DNA of 64,000 nucleotides, taken from assembly GCA_035293405.1 (NCBI GenBank), contig DATDOE010000090.1:138282-202281 (forward strand). The letters run 5' to 3'. The notes beneath the pieces are model-generated. The model worked only from the letters and a program-made list of their open reading frames with translations, was not told the origin of the DNA and ran no database searches. A program made the position numbers and the translations under genes. Below, one piece after another: positions 38,685-48,616 of the stretch; position 1 is the stretch's first letter; the number at the start of each line of letters is the position of its first letter. This DNA is from Vicinamibacterales bacterium (lineage in GTDB: Bacteria; Acidobacteriota; Vicinamibacteria; Vicinamibacterales; UBA2999).

Positions 38685-41546
38685 TCACGAGGAGGTGGTC
38701 GTCGCTCGGCTGCCGGGCTGCTGGTCCTTGGCCGGGCCGAAGGCCTCGAGTGCCGCTTCGTGTCCCAGGCGCCGGTAGCTCTCGAACTGATCCTCGGTGT
38801 AGAACTGGTCGCCGGTGCTCTGGTGCGGGAAGGTCTTGTGGCTCGCTTTGTACTGCAGCACCGACGTGTCCTCATTGCCTGTCATCGATGCCTTGATGTA
38901 GATCAGCTTCCCGTCCGGGGAGCCGTCGTGGTACTCGATGCGGCCCACAGCCGATCGCCTCTTGCTCCAGTGTGATGTGGCATCGGCGCGAATCGGCTCG
39001 ACGTCGATGGTGATCGTCACGCCGAAGTCCACCTCGCACATTCGAATGAGCGTGCCGAGCCCCTCGAATGTCAGCAACGGATCGCATTCGCCGTCGCTGA
39101 TGATGATCGTGCGACACCGGCGCCTGACCAGCTCGTAGGCGGCCAGGTTCTCGAAGTGGCCGCCGTCGGAAATCATCAGGAACTTCGACGTGTCGGTCGC
39201 ACCGCCAAACAGCTCGGCGAGCAGATAGCTGAGATTGAAGTGGGGCGAAGGAAAACCGGTGGCCTGCCTGGCCGGGTTCGGGAACCACCACCCGAGGCGC
39301 ACGTTGAACACGGTCAACAGGAACGCGACGACCGGTGACGTGTGGTAGCCCATATTGGGGCTGGCCGCGGCACCCGAGACGGAGATGGCCTGACCGAGCG
39401 TCGGCGCGCCGAGACGGCCTCCGTACTCGCGCGTCGCGATGTAGCCAACCTCCTCCTTCTTGCCCTCCTGAGTCCGCGAGAAATACCCGCTGCCGCAGGT
39501 CACCGGAGTGAGCGTGAACGCGGCGCTGTGCCGCGTGTGCAGCGCGAGATCACTCGACCCGCCCAGGTTCAGCGCGCAGTTGACGATGTGCAGCGGCCCC
39601 GGCGCGCCCGTGTGTCCGACGAGATCGGCGAGCGCGATGTCGTCCTTGTCGTCGAACCCGGTGAAGTTCTGCGGGTGGCGCTCACCCGGCTCGTAGCGCG
39701 TGGCCCCGAGGTAGCAGCGGACGAGGCGATGCCGGTAGAAGGCGTTCAGGCTGAACTCGTTGATGTCCACGCGCGTGGCCATGATCACCAGCAGCACGAT
39801 GCAGCCGCCCCACACCGCCATCGACACGCCGAGGAGCGACGGATATCCCTCGCGCAGCTGGCCACTGGCGACGCTGAGCCAGTCCTGGCCGGCGTTGATC
39901 AGGATGATCTGATCCAGGACGTAGGCCACGCCAATCAGCAGCCCGCCGATGAACAGGAACGGCGCCACGCGGGCGACCAGTTCCTTGACCGTCGTGGCCG
40001 TGCTCCTCTTCGTGCCTTCACCAGACGTTGATTCGGAGTTGCCCGCGAAGAGGCCGGCGACGATCGTGCCGATCCAGCTGCCGCCAGCGGTCAGCGCGGT
40101 GATTGGGTGGCTCATCAGCGCCATCCCAATCCAGCCTGGACCGTACACCGCAGCGACGGCGATCACCATCCAGGCAACCGCGTAAATGGCCAGCCACGCT
40201 CCGAGCCGGCTCCACCACTCGCGCACACCATCGGTGGACTGCCGGCCCATCATGCCGATCATCACGACGATGGTGAAGACGAATGCGCCGGTCACGAGCG
40301 GCGGCCCCCATACGAACGCCTTCCGTACGAGCGCGGCACCGTGCTCGGGCTTCGCCCATCCATGGAACAGCAGCATGACCGCACACAGCAGTGCGTGGAG
40401 CACCACGACGCCGACAACCGGTGCCCCGATCGCGGCGAATGCGCTCTTCCAGTCGCGCCAGCTGACGGAGCACACCGACAGCAGCCACAAGGACGCGAAC
40501 ACCACTGAGAGCGGGAACGGCCAATACTGCCCCGCCTGCATGAAGAATGCGCCGTAACTCGTCAGCGTGCTCAACACGACGCGGTCCGCCGCCGGCGCCT
40601 CGCCCAGGGTCACGCCAGTGCTCTCGGCCCAGAGAATGGCGGTGACCAGGAACGCGGCGACCATCATTGGCGTCACCACCGCGTACTGCACCCACGCCTG
40701 CGTGTAGTTGATCCGATCCGGCGGATCCACGCCCGACAACCTGTACACGACGGCGGCGATGCGCACGGCGACGGGCTGAAGCACGAAGCCGGTGGCGACC
40801 AGCAGCAGCGCGATGGGCGCCGCGGCCCAGTAGCTGATCAGGCCGCCATGGAAGGGATCGAAATCGACACTCCGTCCGTAGAGCCATGCCACGCCGACGC
40901 AGATCGCTCCGAGAATCAGGCCGAGCAACCAGCTCCTGGCCTGAAGCAGCGGCATCTTGTCGTGGCCGGTCACGGAGATCTGGTTGCCGGCGATGCCGAC
41001 CACGCCGGCCACGAACAGGATGATGGTGACCCAACGCCAATTACCGACGCCCGGCCACTGCTGGAACAGCTCGAACAACGGCCGTGGCAGCATGAGCACA
41101 CAGGCGATCGCGAGGATCACCGTGATCTGCACGAGCAGCGCATTGCGCAGCCAGATGGTCAGCATCGACCAGGTATCGGCACTGAAGAAGCCGACCCTCG
41201 GCGACAGGTAATTCGAGTACCGGCGCAGGTGACCGATCGATTCTTTCCAATCCGCGTCCGGCTCGAGCCAGCCTCTGTGCCGCTTGCAGCTGGCGCTCAA
41301 CCACCCGCCAATGTAGCCGCCGCCAGACACGGTGGACAGGTAGTCCACGGTCTTCAACGTCCCGAGGCGCCTGAGGGCCTCGAGCACACCCAGGCCGAAG
41401 GTCGCGCTGCGGATGCCACCGCCCGAGAAGGCGAGACCGACGAGGTCCTGCCCAGGCGCTCGCTCGTCGCGGCGCCGCTTCTTCACTTCGGCGAGCTCGC
41501 CCTCGAACGCCTGTTCCCAGTCGCAGCAATCGTCACTCTTCGTCAT
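38685..41546 (-). CDS. Patatin-like phospholipase with a large multi-TM insertion between the Ser and Asp catalytic motifs
   Basis: Motifs are GLAFSGGGIRS (oxyanion hole), STVSGGG (nucleophile) and, after about 600 aa with 10 or more hydrophobic helices, ISDGGHFENL (DGG Asp motif). The start MTKSDD follows a CAGGAGC RBS. Confidence 0.8.
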   Translation of the reverse strand: MTKSDDCCDWEQAFEGELAEVKKRRRDERAPGQDLVGLAFSGGGIRSATFGLGVLEALRRLGTLKTVDYLSTVSGGGYIGGWLSASCKRHRGWLEPDADWKESIGHLRRYSNYLSPRVGFFSADTWSMLTIWLRNALLVQITVILAIACVLMLPRPLFELFQQWPGVGNWRWVTIILFVAGVVGIAGNQISVTGHDKMPLLQARSWLLGLILGAICVGVAWLYGRSVDFDPFHGGLISYWAAAPIALLLVATGFVLQPVAVRIAAVVYRLSGVDPPDRINYTQAWVQYAVVTPMMVAAFLVTAILWAESTGVTLGEAPAADRVVLSTLTSYGAFFMQAGQYWPFPLSVVFASLWLLSVCSVSWRDWKSAFAAIGAPVVGVVVLHALLCAVMLLFHGWAKPEHGAALVRKAFVWGPPLVTGAFVFTIVVMIGMMGRQSTDGVREWWSRLGAWLAIYAVAWMVIAVAAVYGPGWIGMALMSHPITALTAGGSWIGTIVAGLFAGNSESTSGEGTKRSTATTVKELVARVAPFLFIGGLLIGVAYVLDQIILINAGQDWLSVASGQLREGYPSLLGVSMAVWGGCIVLLVIMATRVDINEFSLNAFYRHRLVRCYLGATRYEPGERHPQNFTGFDDKDDIALADLVGHTGAPGPLHIVNCALNLGGSSDLALHTRHSAAFTLTPVTCGSGYFSRTQEGKKEEVGYIATREYGGRLGAPTLGQAISVSGAAASPNMGYHTSPVVAFLLTVFNVRLGWWFPNPARQATGFPSPHFNLSYLLAELFGGATDTSKFLMISDGGHFENLAAYELVRRRCRTIIISDGECDPLLTFEGLGTLIRMCEVDFGVTITIDVEPIRADATSHWSKRRSAVGRIEYHDGSPDGKLIYIKASMTGNEDTSVLQYKASHKTFPHQSTGDQFYTEDQFESYRRLGHEAALEAFGPAKDQQPGSRATTTSS

Positions 41547-41574
41547 GTCCGCTCCTGCGTCAGTTCTACAGGCG

Positions 41575-43068
41575 CTATCCTCGCGCTCCCGCGAAGTAGC
41601 GCAGGGCGCGCACGCCCGGAAGAAAGAAGTAGGCGCCGCCTCGCACGGCGACAAAGGACGGCAGCTCCGAGATGCGGCGTCGAAGTCCGCGCGCCGGCAT
41701 CGTAAATCCGTTCGTCACCCGACCGTCGGCAGTGTGAAGGCGATTGCCGAGCAGTGGATCGCTCTCGCCCGTCAATGCCGAGAACTTCGTGCTCGACATC
41801 CAGGCGTTCTGGATGAACTCGAACTGACGCGAGATGTTCGCGTTCAGACAGATGAAGTAGAGCCCTCGCTCGGGATCGTCGGGCGGCGCCGGGCGGAGTG
41901 CATCGTCGACGGACAAGGACGGACCGAACTCGCGGCCGCGACGAAGAATGCGATGGAAACGGACGGACGAGACCACGTCATCCTGAAACGCACTCGGCGG
42001 CAGCCCCAAATCGGCGAGGCGCCGCTTCAGCCCGGTCTCGTGATGCGCGTAGTCGCCGTTCCTGGGGTTCGCCCGGCGGATGTGCGCGCCGAATGGGCAG
42101 CGGACACCGGCCGGGTCGTCATCAAACGTGAACTGATTCAGCCGCCGTTCTTGCGCCGTGCCGGCTACACCGGGACTCCCGTCCGCCTCGATCTGCGCGA
42201 GCGGCTCCCCCGTTCGCGTCCGGCCAACAAGCTGCGACGCCAGCGCGTCGGCAGCCTGACGATCCCCACCGGCGCGGCTCGTGACGTACTGCCAGAAGTC
42301 GTGCACGTTCTGCTTCAACTGACGCATGACCAGGTAGGTGCCGTTCCTGCCGACGTCCCACTTGCCCGGCGCCTCCTCAGCGGGGGGCAGCCCGGGGCTC
42401 GAGAGGTCCACATCGATCAATGGCCGATCTGTGTACTCACCGTACTCGTTGCGATATCCGAGGAGGAGCTCGCCAAGCGCAACCTCGTTGCCATAGCCGT
42501 CTCCGCCGTCTGACGGATCGCGTCGCTGCTCCCAATCCACCGCGGGCTGGCTGATCCCGTCCATGAACCCGAACGGCTCGACTCCATCCAGCTGACTCGT
42601 GGTCAGCCGCCGCGTCTCTTCGAACCCCTCGTGCCATGCGTCCCCGAGCGTGCGGCCGACCCACTCATCGAGCTGTCCGGGCTTCGCGAACAACATCACG
42701 AGCACATGGGGCACGACGGGCGCGTAGCCCCAGTCCCATCGCTCGGGTGCATTCGACTCGACGTCCCCCAGGCGTCGCGCGCGACGAGGGTCGTCCATGC
42801 CGTCCAGGAACTCCGACGAGAAGCCGGCCCGCACGGCGGCGGATACGTCAAGCGCCTCCATGCCCTGTGCCGTGAACGCAATCTGCAGGGCCGTGACCGG
42901 CGGCGGCGAGAGCGTCGCTGCGGTTGTGACCGGCGCCGACCGCAGCCACGCTCGCGCGGCATCGACATTCCGCACACGAGCCAGCACGTACACTGCATCG
43001 GTCATTGACCCGTAGCCGAAACGGACAAGGCCCTGTACGTCGTCGAGCTCAACGCCGCCGAGGATCAC
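41575..43068 (-). CDS. DyP-type haem peroxidase (long, approximately 497 aa form)
   Basis: GxxDG motif FGFMDGISQP and proximal-His motif CPFGAHIRRANPR. GTG start at 43066-43068 overlaps the upstream stop (GTGA). In frame with ORF 41575..43788. Confidence 0.8.
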   Translation of the reverse strand: MILGGVELDDVQGLVRFGYGSMTDAVYVLARVRNVDAARAWLRSAPVTTAATLSPPPVTALQIAFTAQGMEALDVSAAVRAGFSSEFLDGMDDPRRARRLGDVESNAPERWDWGYAPVVPHVLVMLFAKPGQLDEWVGRTLGDAWHEGFEETRRLTTSQLDGVEPFGFMDGISQPAVDWEQRRDPSDGGDGYGNEVALGELLLGYRNEYGEYTDRPLIDVDLSSPGLPPAEEAPGKWDVGRNGTYLVMRQLKQNVHDFWQYVTSRAGGDRQAADALASQLVGRTRTGEPLAQIEADGSPGVAGTAQERRLNQFTFDDDPAGVRCPFGAHIRRANPRNGDYAHHETGLKRRLADLGLPPSAFQDDVVSSVRFHRILRRGREFGPSLSVDDALRPAPPDDPERGLYFICLNANISRQFEFIQNAWMSSTKFSALTGESDPLLGNRLHTADGRVTNGFTMPARGLRRRISELPSFVAVRGGAYFFLPGVRALRYFAGARG

Positions 43069-44396
43069 AGCAGCGCCACCCAATCTTTGGCGGCGCGCTC
43101 GCTCAACGACGAGGCGTCGAGTCCCTGCCGTAGTCTCGCGTTCCGCTCCAGATCGACAGCCGTCAGGCCAGGGTACGCCTTGTACCAGACCTGAGTCGGC
43201 ATCTGGTGACGGCGCAGGTAATCTTTGAACCTGCGCTCGTCGTGGCACCCATCCAGAAGCAGCCATCGGACCCTCGGGTAGCCGATGCCGTTGCCGAACA
43301 CGACGTTGAGCCCGAAGCCGACCTTGTTGATGAAGTCGTCCATATAGCTCTCGACGCTCCCGTCGTAGTTGCTCAGAAAGATCACACGCCGGCGCCCGTC
43401 GAGGAACACCCAGCGCGCGAAATGAATGCTGCGTACGCGCGCGAGGCGTCCCCGTTTGTAGATGTGCCTCGCGGCCCAGTCGATCACCCACAGCACCAGG
43501 ATCGTCGTCCACCGGCGCAGCGGCCCCGGCTTCAGAGTGCCCATCGCGCTGAACTGGTTGGTCACGTCGTGATCCTCGAGTAACGCCAGGGCCGCCACGT
43601 CCTCGCCTGGCGGGCGCGGGCACAACTCCGGATCCGTCTGCTCCAGCACTCGAAGGCGCACGACCGCCAGCACGGCCCCGGCGATGACAACGAGCAGCGC
43701 GATGCGCGGCACGAGCAGCAGCGCCAGGAGCAGGATGAGGATGACGGCCGGCAGACTGGCGAGGTGCAGCAGGTTCGCGATCCGCCATCCCATCGGCGTC
43801 GGTGCGTCCGTGGACAGCGTCAGGCGCCCGGCTCTGACGTCAACCATCACGAGGTCGCGCAGGCGTTCGTGGACTTGTCGAGGCGTGAGGCGCTCGATTT
43901 CAGGCGATCGATTCACATGCCGCTCCAACGCGTCGCGGAGCGCGGCGTCCTCACGAACCTGGCGCGCCGTTCGTCCTCGCCAGTTGACATACACCGCCGC
44001 CGCCGGCGCCTGGTGCGCGCGCATCCACTGGAGCAGGTCCGTCTCGGCGGTGAAGCCCTCACAACACGAGAAGATCGCGCGCAGCCCGGGGCCGGCGCGG
44101 GCGCTCACGTCGACAAGAAAGTCGTCGGCATCACCGTCCACGTCACCAAGAAAGCTGAGGCCTCGCGGATAGACCGGCGCTTGGATTCCGTAGACGCGGT
44201 TGTCGGCCAGCGTCCGATCGTCCACGATGAGAAACCGGGCGACGTGCACCTGCTCGAACTGCCCGAACGGGACGAGCGCGTTGTCGGGCCTGGCGTGTCC
44301 AGGCGCACCGTTCATCGACGCCAGGAGCCGGCCCAACTCCGCCTCGCGCCGGGGGTCGATCGGCGCCAGGACCATGAATGTCGACTGTGGCGTCAT
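43065..44396 (-). CDS. Membrane protein of unknown function with duplicated H[VF]AR[FW] motif halves
   Basis: The N-terminal half has QVHVARFLIVDD. A central hydrophobic stretch (LASLPAVILILLLALLLVPRIALLVVIAGAVLAV) follows. The C-terminal half has SIHFARWVFLDG...FLSNYDGS. Confidence 0.65.
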   Translation of the reverse strand: MTPQSTFMVLAPIDPRREAELGRLLASMNGAPGHARPDNALVPFGQFEQVHVARFLIVDDRTLADNRVYGIQAPVYPRGLSFLGDVDGDADDFLVDVSARAGPGLRAIFSCCEGFTAETDLLQWMRAHQAPAAAVYVNWRGRTARQVREDAALRDALERHVNRSPEIERLTPRQVHERLRDLVMVDVRAGRLTLSTDAPTPMGWRIANLLHLASLPAVILILLLALLLVPRIALLVVIAGAVLAVVRLRVLEQTDPELCPRPPGEDVAALALLEDHDVTNQFSAMGTLKPGPLRRWTTILVLWVIDWAARHIYKRGRLARVRSIHFARWVFLDGRRRVIFLSNYDGSVESYMDDFINKVGFGLNVVFGNGIGYPRVRWLLLDGCHDERRFKDYLRRHQMPTQVWYKAYPGLTAVDLERNARLRQGLDASSLSERAAKDWVALL

Positions 44397-44401
44397 CGGT
44401 G

Positions 44402-45658
44402 CTACTCGAACACCTCATCCCCTGTCGGCTCGTAGTGCGGCACCGCGTTCTTGGTGTGCCGCAGCTGTGACAGCTCCGCGTATATCCGGCGGCGCGCCCG
44501 GCTCAGGTGGCCGAGCGGACGATGCTCGGGAATGGCATGCCAGGGGTTGTACGAGAGCCGCTTGGCGAACTCCATCTGCGACGGTGAATTGAACCGCTGT
44601 CGCGGGATTCGGAGCGTCGCCACCGACACCCGTGGCGACAGCCGCTCAGGCCACAACACCGTGCTCTGCTCGATCGGCATGAGATGCGAATCGGTCTGGC
44701 GCTGGAGACGGATGTCGAACTCGACGTCCTCCCGTTCCAATGTCTTCACCATCGCGTCGCGCAGGTAATCGTCCGGCGGACGAAACGGCAGCCGCGGTAT
44801 CGGCGTGCGCCGTTTCGATGTGGGCCAGAACGAGTACTGCATCGCCTGGCCGTCCCCCAGCAGATACGGGACCTGACTGAAATACTCCACCTCGAACGGA
44901 CTGCTCTGCGTCTTCAGCCGCAGTGACTGCATGATGAAATCGAGGAGGTGCGGCTGGCGAAGGTTCAAGAAATAGTAGATCTGCGCGTTCGTCAGGCTCT
45001 CGCGCTGGAGCTGCGCGTTCGCCCTGACGTCGGGACTGACGAACGTTGGCGTCGATACGGTCAGCAGGTCCTGTGTGAACCGCTCCTCGTCCATCAGCTT
45101 TGGTCCCGGCACGCCCATCAACTTGATGCTCATGCTCAGGAAGCCCACATCGTCGATGTCGGGCGTCACGTACGGACCCGGACCGGCATATCGCACCCAG
45201 GCGCGATACGTGTGCGGACGTGCGTAGATCCCGTGGCGCAACTCCGGCGGAAGGTTGTCGTGCACCGTGAACTCGCCGCGAACGATGCCGTGTGTCTTGG
45301 TGTTGCCGCCGCGCTCGAATCCCCCAGGTTTCCAGAGCAAGCGCATCTGCTCATGGAAACTGGCAATGATCGAATCGACCCAGGCGTCTGCGTCCTGTGG
45401 CGGGCGCTCCTCCGCGAGCGCCAGGTGCTCGTTCCGCCGGCCCATGTTGATCAGGCCGGTGACCACACGCTCGCCCAGGTCGCGAAACAGCACGTCGAAC
45501 AGCGGCCGAAAGAACGGATCGAAACGACGCTCCAGTTGCAAGAGCGCGATGGAGGTATCTGAGATCCAGTCCAGCAGCGCCGAACCGGTGTTCGCACGTG
45601 GCAGCGGACGACTGACGTTCGAGTTGCTGCCGGGGCTCGGTCCAAGCTGTGTGGCCAT
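44402..45658 (-). CDS. Catalase-related haem protein (allene-oxide-synthase/mini-catalase-like family)
   Basis: Distal-His-like context GGNTKTHGIVRGEFTV. C-terminal NPWHAIPEHRPLGHLSRARRRIYAEL (Arg/Tyr proximal-ligand context). It is a paralogue of 55364..56335. Confidence 0.7.
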   Translation of the reverse strand: MATQLGPSPGSNSNVSRPLPRANTGSALLDWISDTSIALLQLERRFDPFFRPLFDVLFRDLGERVVTGLINMGRRNEHLALAEERPPQDADAWVDSIIASFHEQMRLLWKPGGFERGGNTKTHGIVRGEFTVHDNLPPELRHGIYARPHTYRAWVRYAGPGPYVTPDIDDVGFLSMSIKLMGVPGPKLMDEERFTQDLLTVSTPTFVSPDVRANAQLQRESLTNAQIYYFLNLRQPHLLDFIMQSLRLKTQSSPFEVEYFSQVPYLLGDGQAMQYSFWPTSKRRTPIPRLPFRPPDDYLRDAMVKTLEREDVEFDIRLQRQTDSHLMPIEQSTVLWPERLSPRVSVATLRIPRQRFNSPSQMEFAKRLSYNPWHAIPEHRPLGHLSRARRRIYAELSQLRHTKNAVPHYEPTGDEVFE

Positions 45659-45680
45659 CGCGAAATCCCCAGCAGCAGCG

Positions 45681-48167
45681 TCAGAAGGTCTTCAGGAATT
45701 CAATCAGGGCGCGTTTCTCCGGGTCCGCCAGCTCGGTGCCGAACAAGTGCCCGCGGTTCACGATGAAGTCCGGACACTTGCTCATTTCGAGCAGCGGGTC
45801 TACGAGATCCCGGAATGCGGCCGTGGCATCGGCGTCGGTGGCGTTCGCTCCGAGCTTGTGCAGCCGCGCAAGAATCCTGACCATGAGGGCCGCGACCCTC
45901 GCATCGTGCTCGACCTGCCGGGACGGATCGTCGGCGATCAACCGCAGGTTGGAGAGCAGTCCGATCGGCGTCCCTCTCGGAATCGGCCCGATCCGCAAAC
46001 CGTCCTCTGAGAAGAGCGACGGGAACAGCGCCTGCTGCGTCCTGAGCGTCCGCTTGAGGGCCTCAGGGAGATACCCTGCGCTGAACTTCAGGTACACCGG
46101 CTGCGTGCCATGCCCTTCCGGCGCGCGGTCGCCCACGCGATCGATGAGGCCGGGAATCTTGTCGCCGAGCAACGAGTCCTTCTCGCGATCCTGCGGCCAG
46201 AGCAGCTTGTGGATCGAGTCGTCGAACGATCGCATGCGCCCCTCGACCGACGGGCTCATCTCGAGCCGGCCCACCGTGTTGTTCAGGAGGAACGGCGCCG
46301 TGGACCAGAGGCTGACGAGCGACGGCGGCCGCGTGTAGCCACGTCCTCCGGCCGGCATCTCGAAGGAGCGCGCTTCGCCAGTGTATGGGTGATACCAGAG
46401 CATCTTGCCGACCGACGGCAGCTCCTTGTACGACTGCGACGAGAAGTTGTCCCAGATATTGCCGCTCATGGCGTTGGTGGCGAGCGGACTGCAGGCATTG
46501 GTCTGCAGCAGCGTCACTGGTACGCGGACCTCGGCAGAGAGGTAGTTGTCGTTGAGGAAGTCCGGTGCGGTCACGATGTCGCGCATCTGCTTCTTGAACT
46601 CCGGTGTCTGCGTCGCAGCCCAGTACCGGTTCCAGCAATCGAGATATCCCTTGCCGTTGCAGCCCTCCGGGTCGAGGCCAGCCGCCATCTCCGGCAGCTT
46701 GGTCGAATGGCATCGCGCGCAGGTGTCGGCAAACACCTCTTTGCCGCGCGTCAGCACGGTCGCGTCCTTAGTCAGATACGCGGCGCCGCCAGGGGCATCC
46801 GCGAGATGGTGAGCGTCTGTCGTCTTGAGGAAGAACTTCGCCGTGTCGAGGGTCTGCGCCTCGGTCGCCTTGAAGTACGCGGAGTTGCGCCGCGCCGCTT
46901 CGATCCTGAGTGGCGTCTGCGGCCTGGCTCCGATGAGCGGCAGGAAGTGCTGCGTCCACTCCTCGCTGAAGGTCCCGATGTTGAGATACACGCGGTTGAG
47001 CGCACCGAGCGCACCCACCGAGTCGGCGCCGTCCTTGAGCACGCGCGGGGCCCAAACCGCCGGTGACGCGAAGAGCGTGGCGAGCGGGCCGTCCTTGATG
47101 AAGTCGCTGAACTGACGATTGTCGAGCCCACCGCCAGCGAGTGTCTCCTTGCCCCAGCGCTTGGCGTGCAGCAGGCGCGGCCCGATCAAATACAACGCGT
47201 TCATCGTCCGCGGGTTGTTGATGTTGTCGCTCGCAACGAATGAGGTGTCGAGCGAGCCCGGCCGCGACGAATGAAAAATCTGGAACGCAAAGTCCTCGAA
47301 GTCGGCAGCCTGATAGAAGATGCGATCGATCGTGAAGTACTGGGCGCCGACGTTGGAGCTCAGGTTGGCCCACGCCGGGTTATTGGGATCGGCGGGTGGC
47401 TTGATCGGATTGGGACCGACATGGCAGAACCCGCACGACATACCCACGCGGTAGGGTCGGACGAGCGCCTTGTCCTCGTAGTACGTCCGGTCGGTGTAAT
47501 AGCGTTCCGCGTCCCAGCGTTTGGCCGCCTGTTCGTCGAAGTTCGGGTTCGGAAAGAGGCGCAGGCCAACGATGCCCGTGGCATAGCCGTAGAACGATCC
47601 GGTCTCGAAGGGGTTGCCGTTCAGCGTCTGGCCCCGCGCGCCTGTCTGAACGCCGGGGTACTTCGTCGCGTTCTCGAATGGATCCGGTGGACAGTCCGCC
47701 TGGCGCTGATCGACCCACAGACCCCTACGCGCCGGATTGGCTCCCGTCGGCTTGGTGAAGCACGGCTCGTTGACGAGGCCGAAGTAGTCCCACCGGTTGG
47801 CCCGGCTGTAGCTCTGGGACGGGTGGGACGAGACGACTTTGAGAAAGTCGAGCGCCCCGCCACTGGTCTCGCTCAGCGTATCCCACAGCCGATCGTTCCC
47901 GGCGCTCCACACCAGCCACGTATTGCGGCCGCGAATCTCGTCGAGCGAGAGCGTAACGGGACCGCCGCGGTCCTGATCCATGTCGCGGAAGTAATCCTCA
48001 TCGGCCGCAGGGAACGACGCGGCTTCGCGCGCGGGCGACGCGACGAGCGCTTCGTCTTGCTGCTCGGGAGGCGTCGGCGGGTGGGTCCGGAACCAGGCGA
48101 ACACGAGGCCGGCAGTGACGACGACGACGGCCACGCCGGCCAGCAGGCCGGTGCGAGTAGATTGCAT
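45681..48167 (-). CDS. Large exported di-haem c-type cytochrome (peroxidase/oxygenase-like), unknown function
   Basis: Signal anchor MQSTRTGLLAGVAVVVVTAGLVFAWF. It has two CxxCH motifs (MSCGFCHVGPNP and DTCARCHSTK) about 230 aa apart. Confidence 0.7.
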   Translation of the reverse strand: MQSTRTGLLAGVAVVVVTAGLVFAWFRTHPPTPPEQQDEALVASPAREAASFPAADEDYFRDMDQDRGGPVTLSLDEIRGRNTWLVWSAGNDRLWDTLSETSGGALDFLKVVSSHPSQSYSRANRWDYFGLVNEPCFTKPTGANPARRGLWVDQRQADCPPDPFENATKYPGVQTGARGQTLNGNPFETGSFYGYATGIVGLRLFPNPNFDEQAAKRWDAERYYTDRTYYEDKALVRPYRVGMSCGFCHVGPNPIKPPADPNNPAWANLSSNVGAQYFTIDRIFYQAADFEDFAFQIFHSSRPGSLDTSFVASDNINNPRTMNALYLIGPRLLHAKRWGKETLAGGGLDNRQFSDFIKDGPLATLFASPAVWAPRVLKDGADSVGALGALNRVYLNIGTFSEEWTQHFLPLIGARPQTPLRIEAARRNSAYFKATEAQTLDTAKFFLKTTDAHHLADAPGGAAYLTKDATVLTRGKEVFADTCARCHSTKLPEMAAGLDPEGCNGKGYLDCWNRYWAATQTPEFKKQMRDIVTAPDFLNDNYLSAEVRVPVTLLQTNACSPLATNAMSGNIWDNFSSQSYKELPSVGKMLWYHPYTGEARSFEMPAGGRGYTRPPSLVSLWSTAPFLLNNTVGRLEMSPSVEGRMRSFDDSIHKLLWPQDREKDSLLGDKIPGLIDRVGDRAPEGHGTQPVYLKFSAGYLPEALKRTLRTQQALFPSLFSEDGLRIGPIPRGTPIGLLSNLRLIADDPSRQVEHDARVAALMVRILARLHKLGANATDADATAAFRDLVDPLLEMSKCPDFIVNRGHLFGTELADPEKRALIEFLKTF

Positions 48168-48181
48168 CACGACGCGTCGCC

Positions 48182-48616
48182 TCACTCGAATTCGAGGGTG
48201 AAGTGCAGACTCGGCTTGTTGTGGGCGTACACCAGGCCGAGATACAGCTTGGGAGCGATGAGCCGGATCTCGTCGCGAATCCAACTCGCCACGAGGGACG
48301 TCTTCGAGTAGTCGAGGACGATGCACTCGTTGCCATCAAACTGACTGGGGCCCTTGTAGACCTCCGCCACGATGGCGTTCAGGCCAAAGGCGGTAATGCG
48401 GTTGCGCAGGACGCCGTGCGCACCGTCAAACGTTTTGCCCTGCCAGACAAACCGGCTGACGGCTTCAGCGATCGCCGGTGAAAACCTGGTGCCGGCGGCA
48501 ACAATAGCCGTCCCCTTCGCCGCGCCGTCGGGAAGAGGTCCGGCGACCGCGGACCGAAACATGTCATTGAGCTGCGTGTCGTCGAGTGTGAGCAATGTCG
48601 GGACGTCGATCACCAT
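48182..48616 (-). CDS. Small conserved protein (144 aa), unknown function; first gene of the operon
   Basis: Start MVIDVPTLL with a GAGG RBS. The motif FDGNECIVLDYSKTSLVASWIRDEIRLIAPKLYLGLVY is one I recall from a conserved hypothetical family. Confidence 0.6.
   Translation of the reverse strand: MVIDVPTLLTLDDTQLNDMFRSAVAGPLPDGAAKGTAIVAAGTRFSPAIAEAVSRFVWQGKTFDGAHGVLRNRITAFGLNAIVAEVYKGPSQFDGNECIVLDYSKTSLVASWIRDEIRLIAPKLYLGLVYAHNKPSLHFTLEFE

Noticed and set aside
41575-43788. The full 737-aa ORF as the DyP gene
   Set aside because: The N-terminal 240 aa are Arg/Ala/Pro-rich junk that overlaps the upstream gene in another frame. A GTG start at 43068 gives a clean GTGA-coupled 497-aa DyP.
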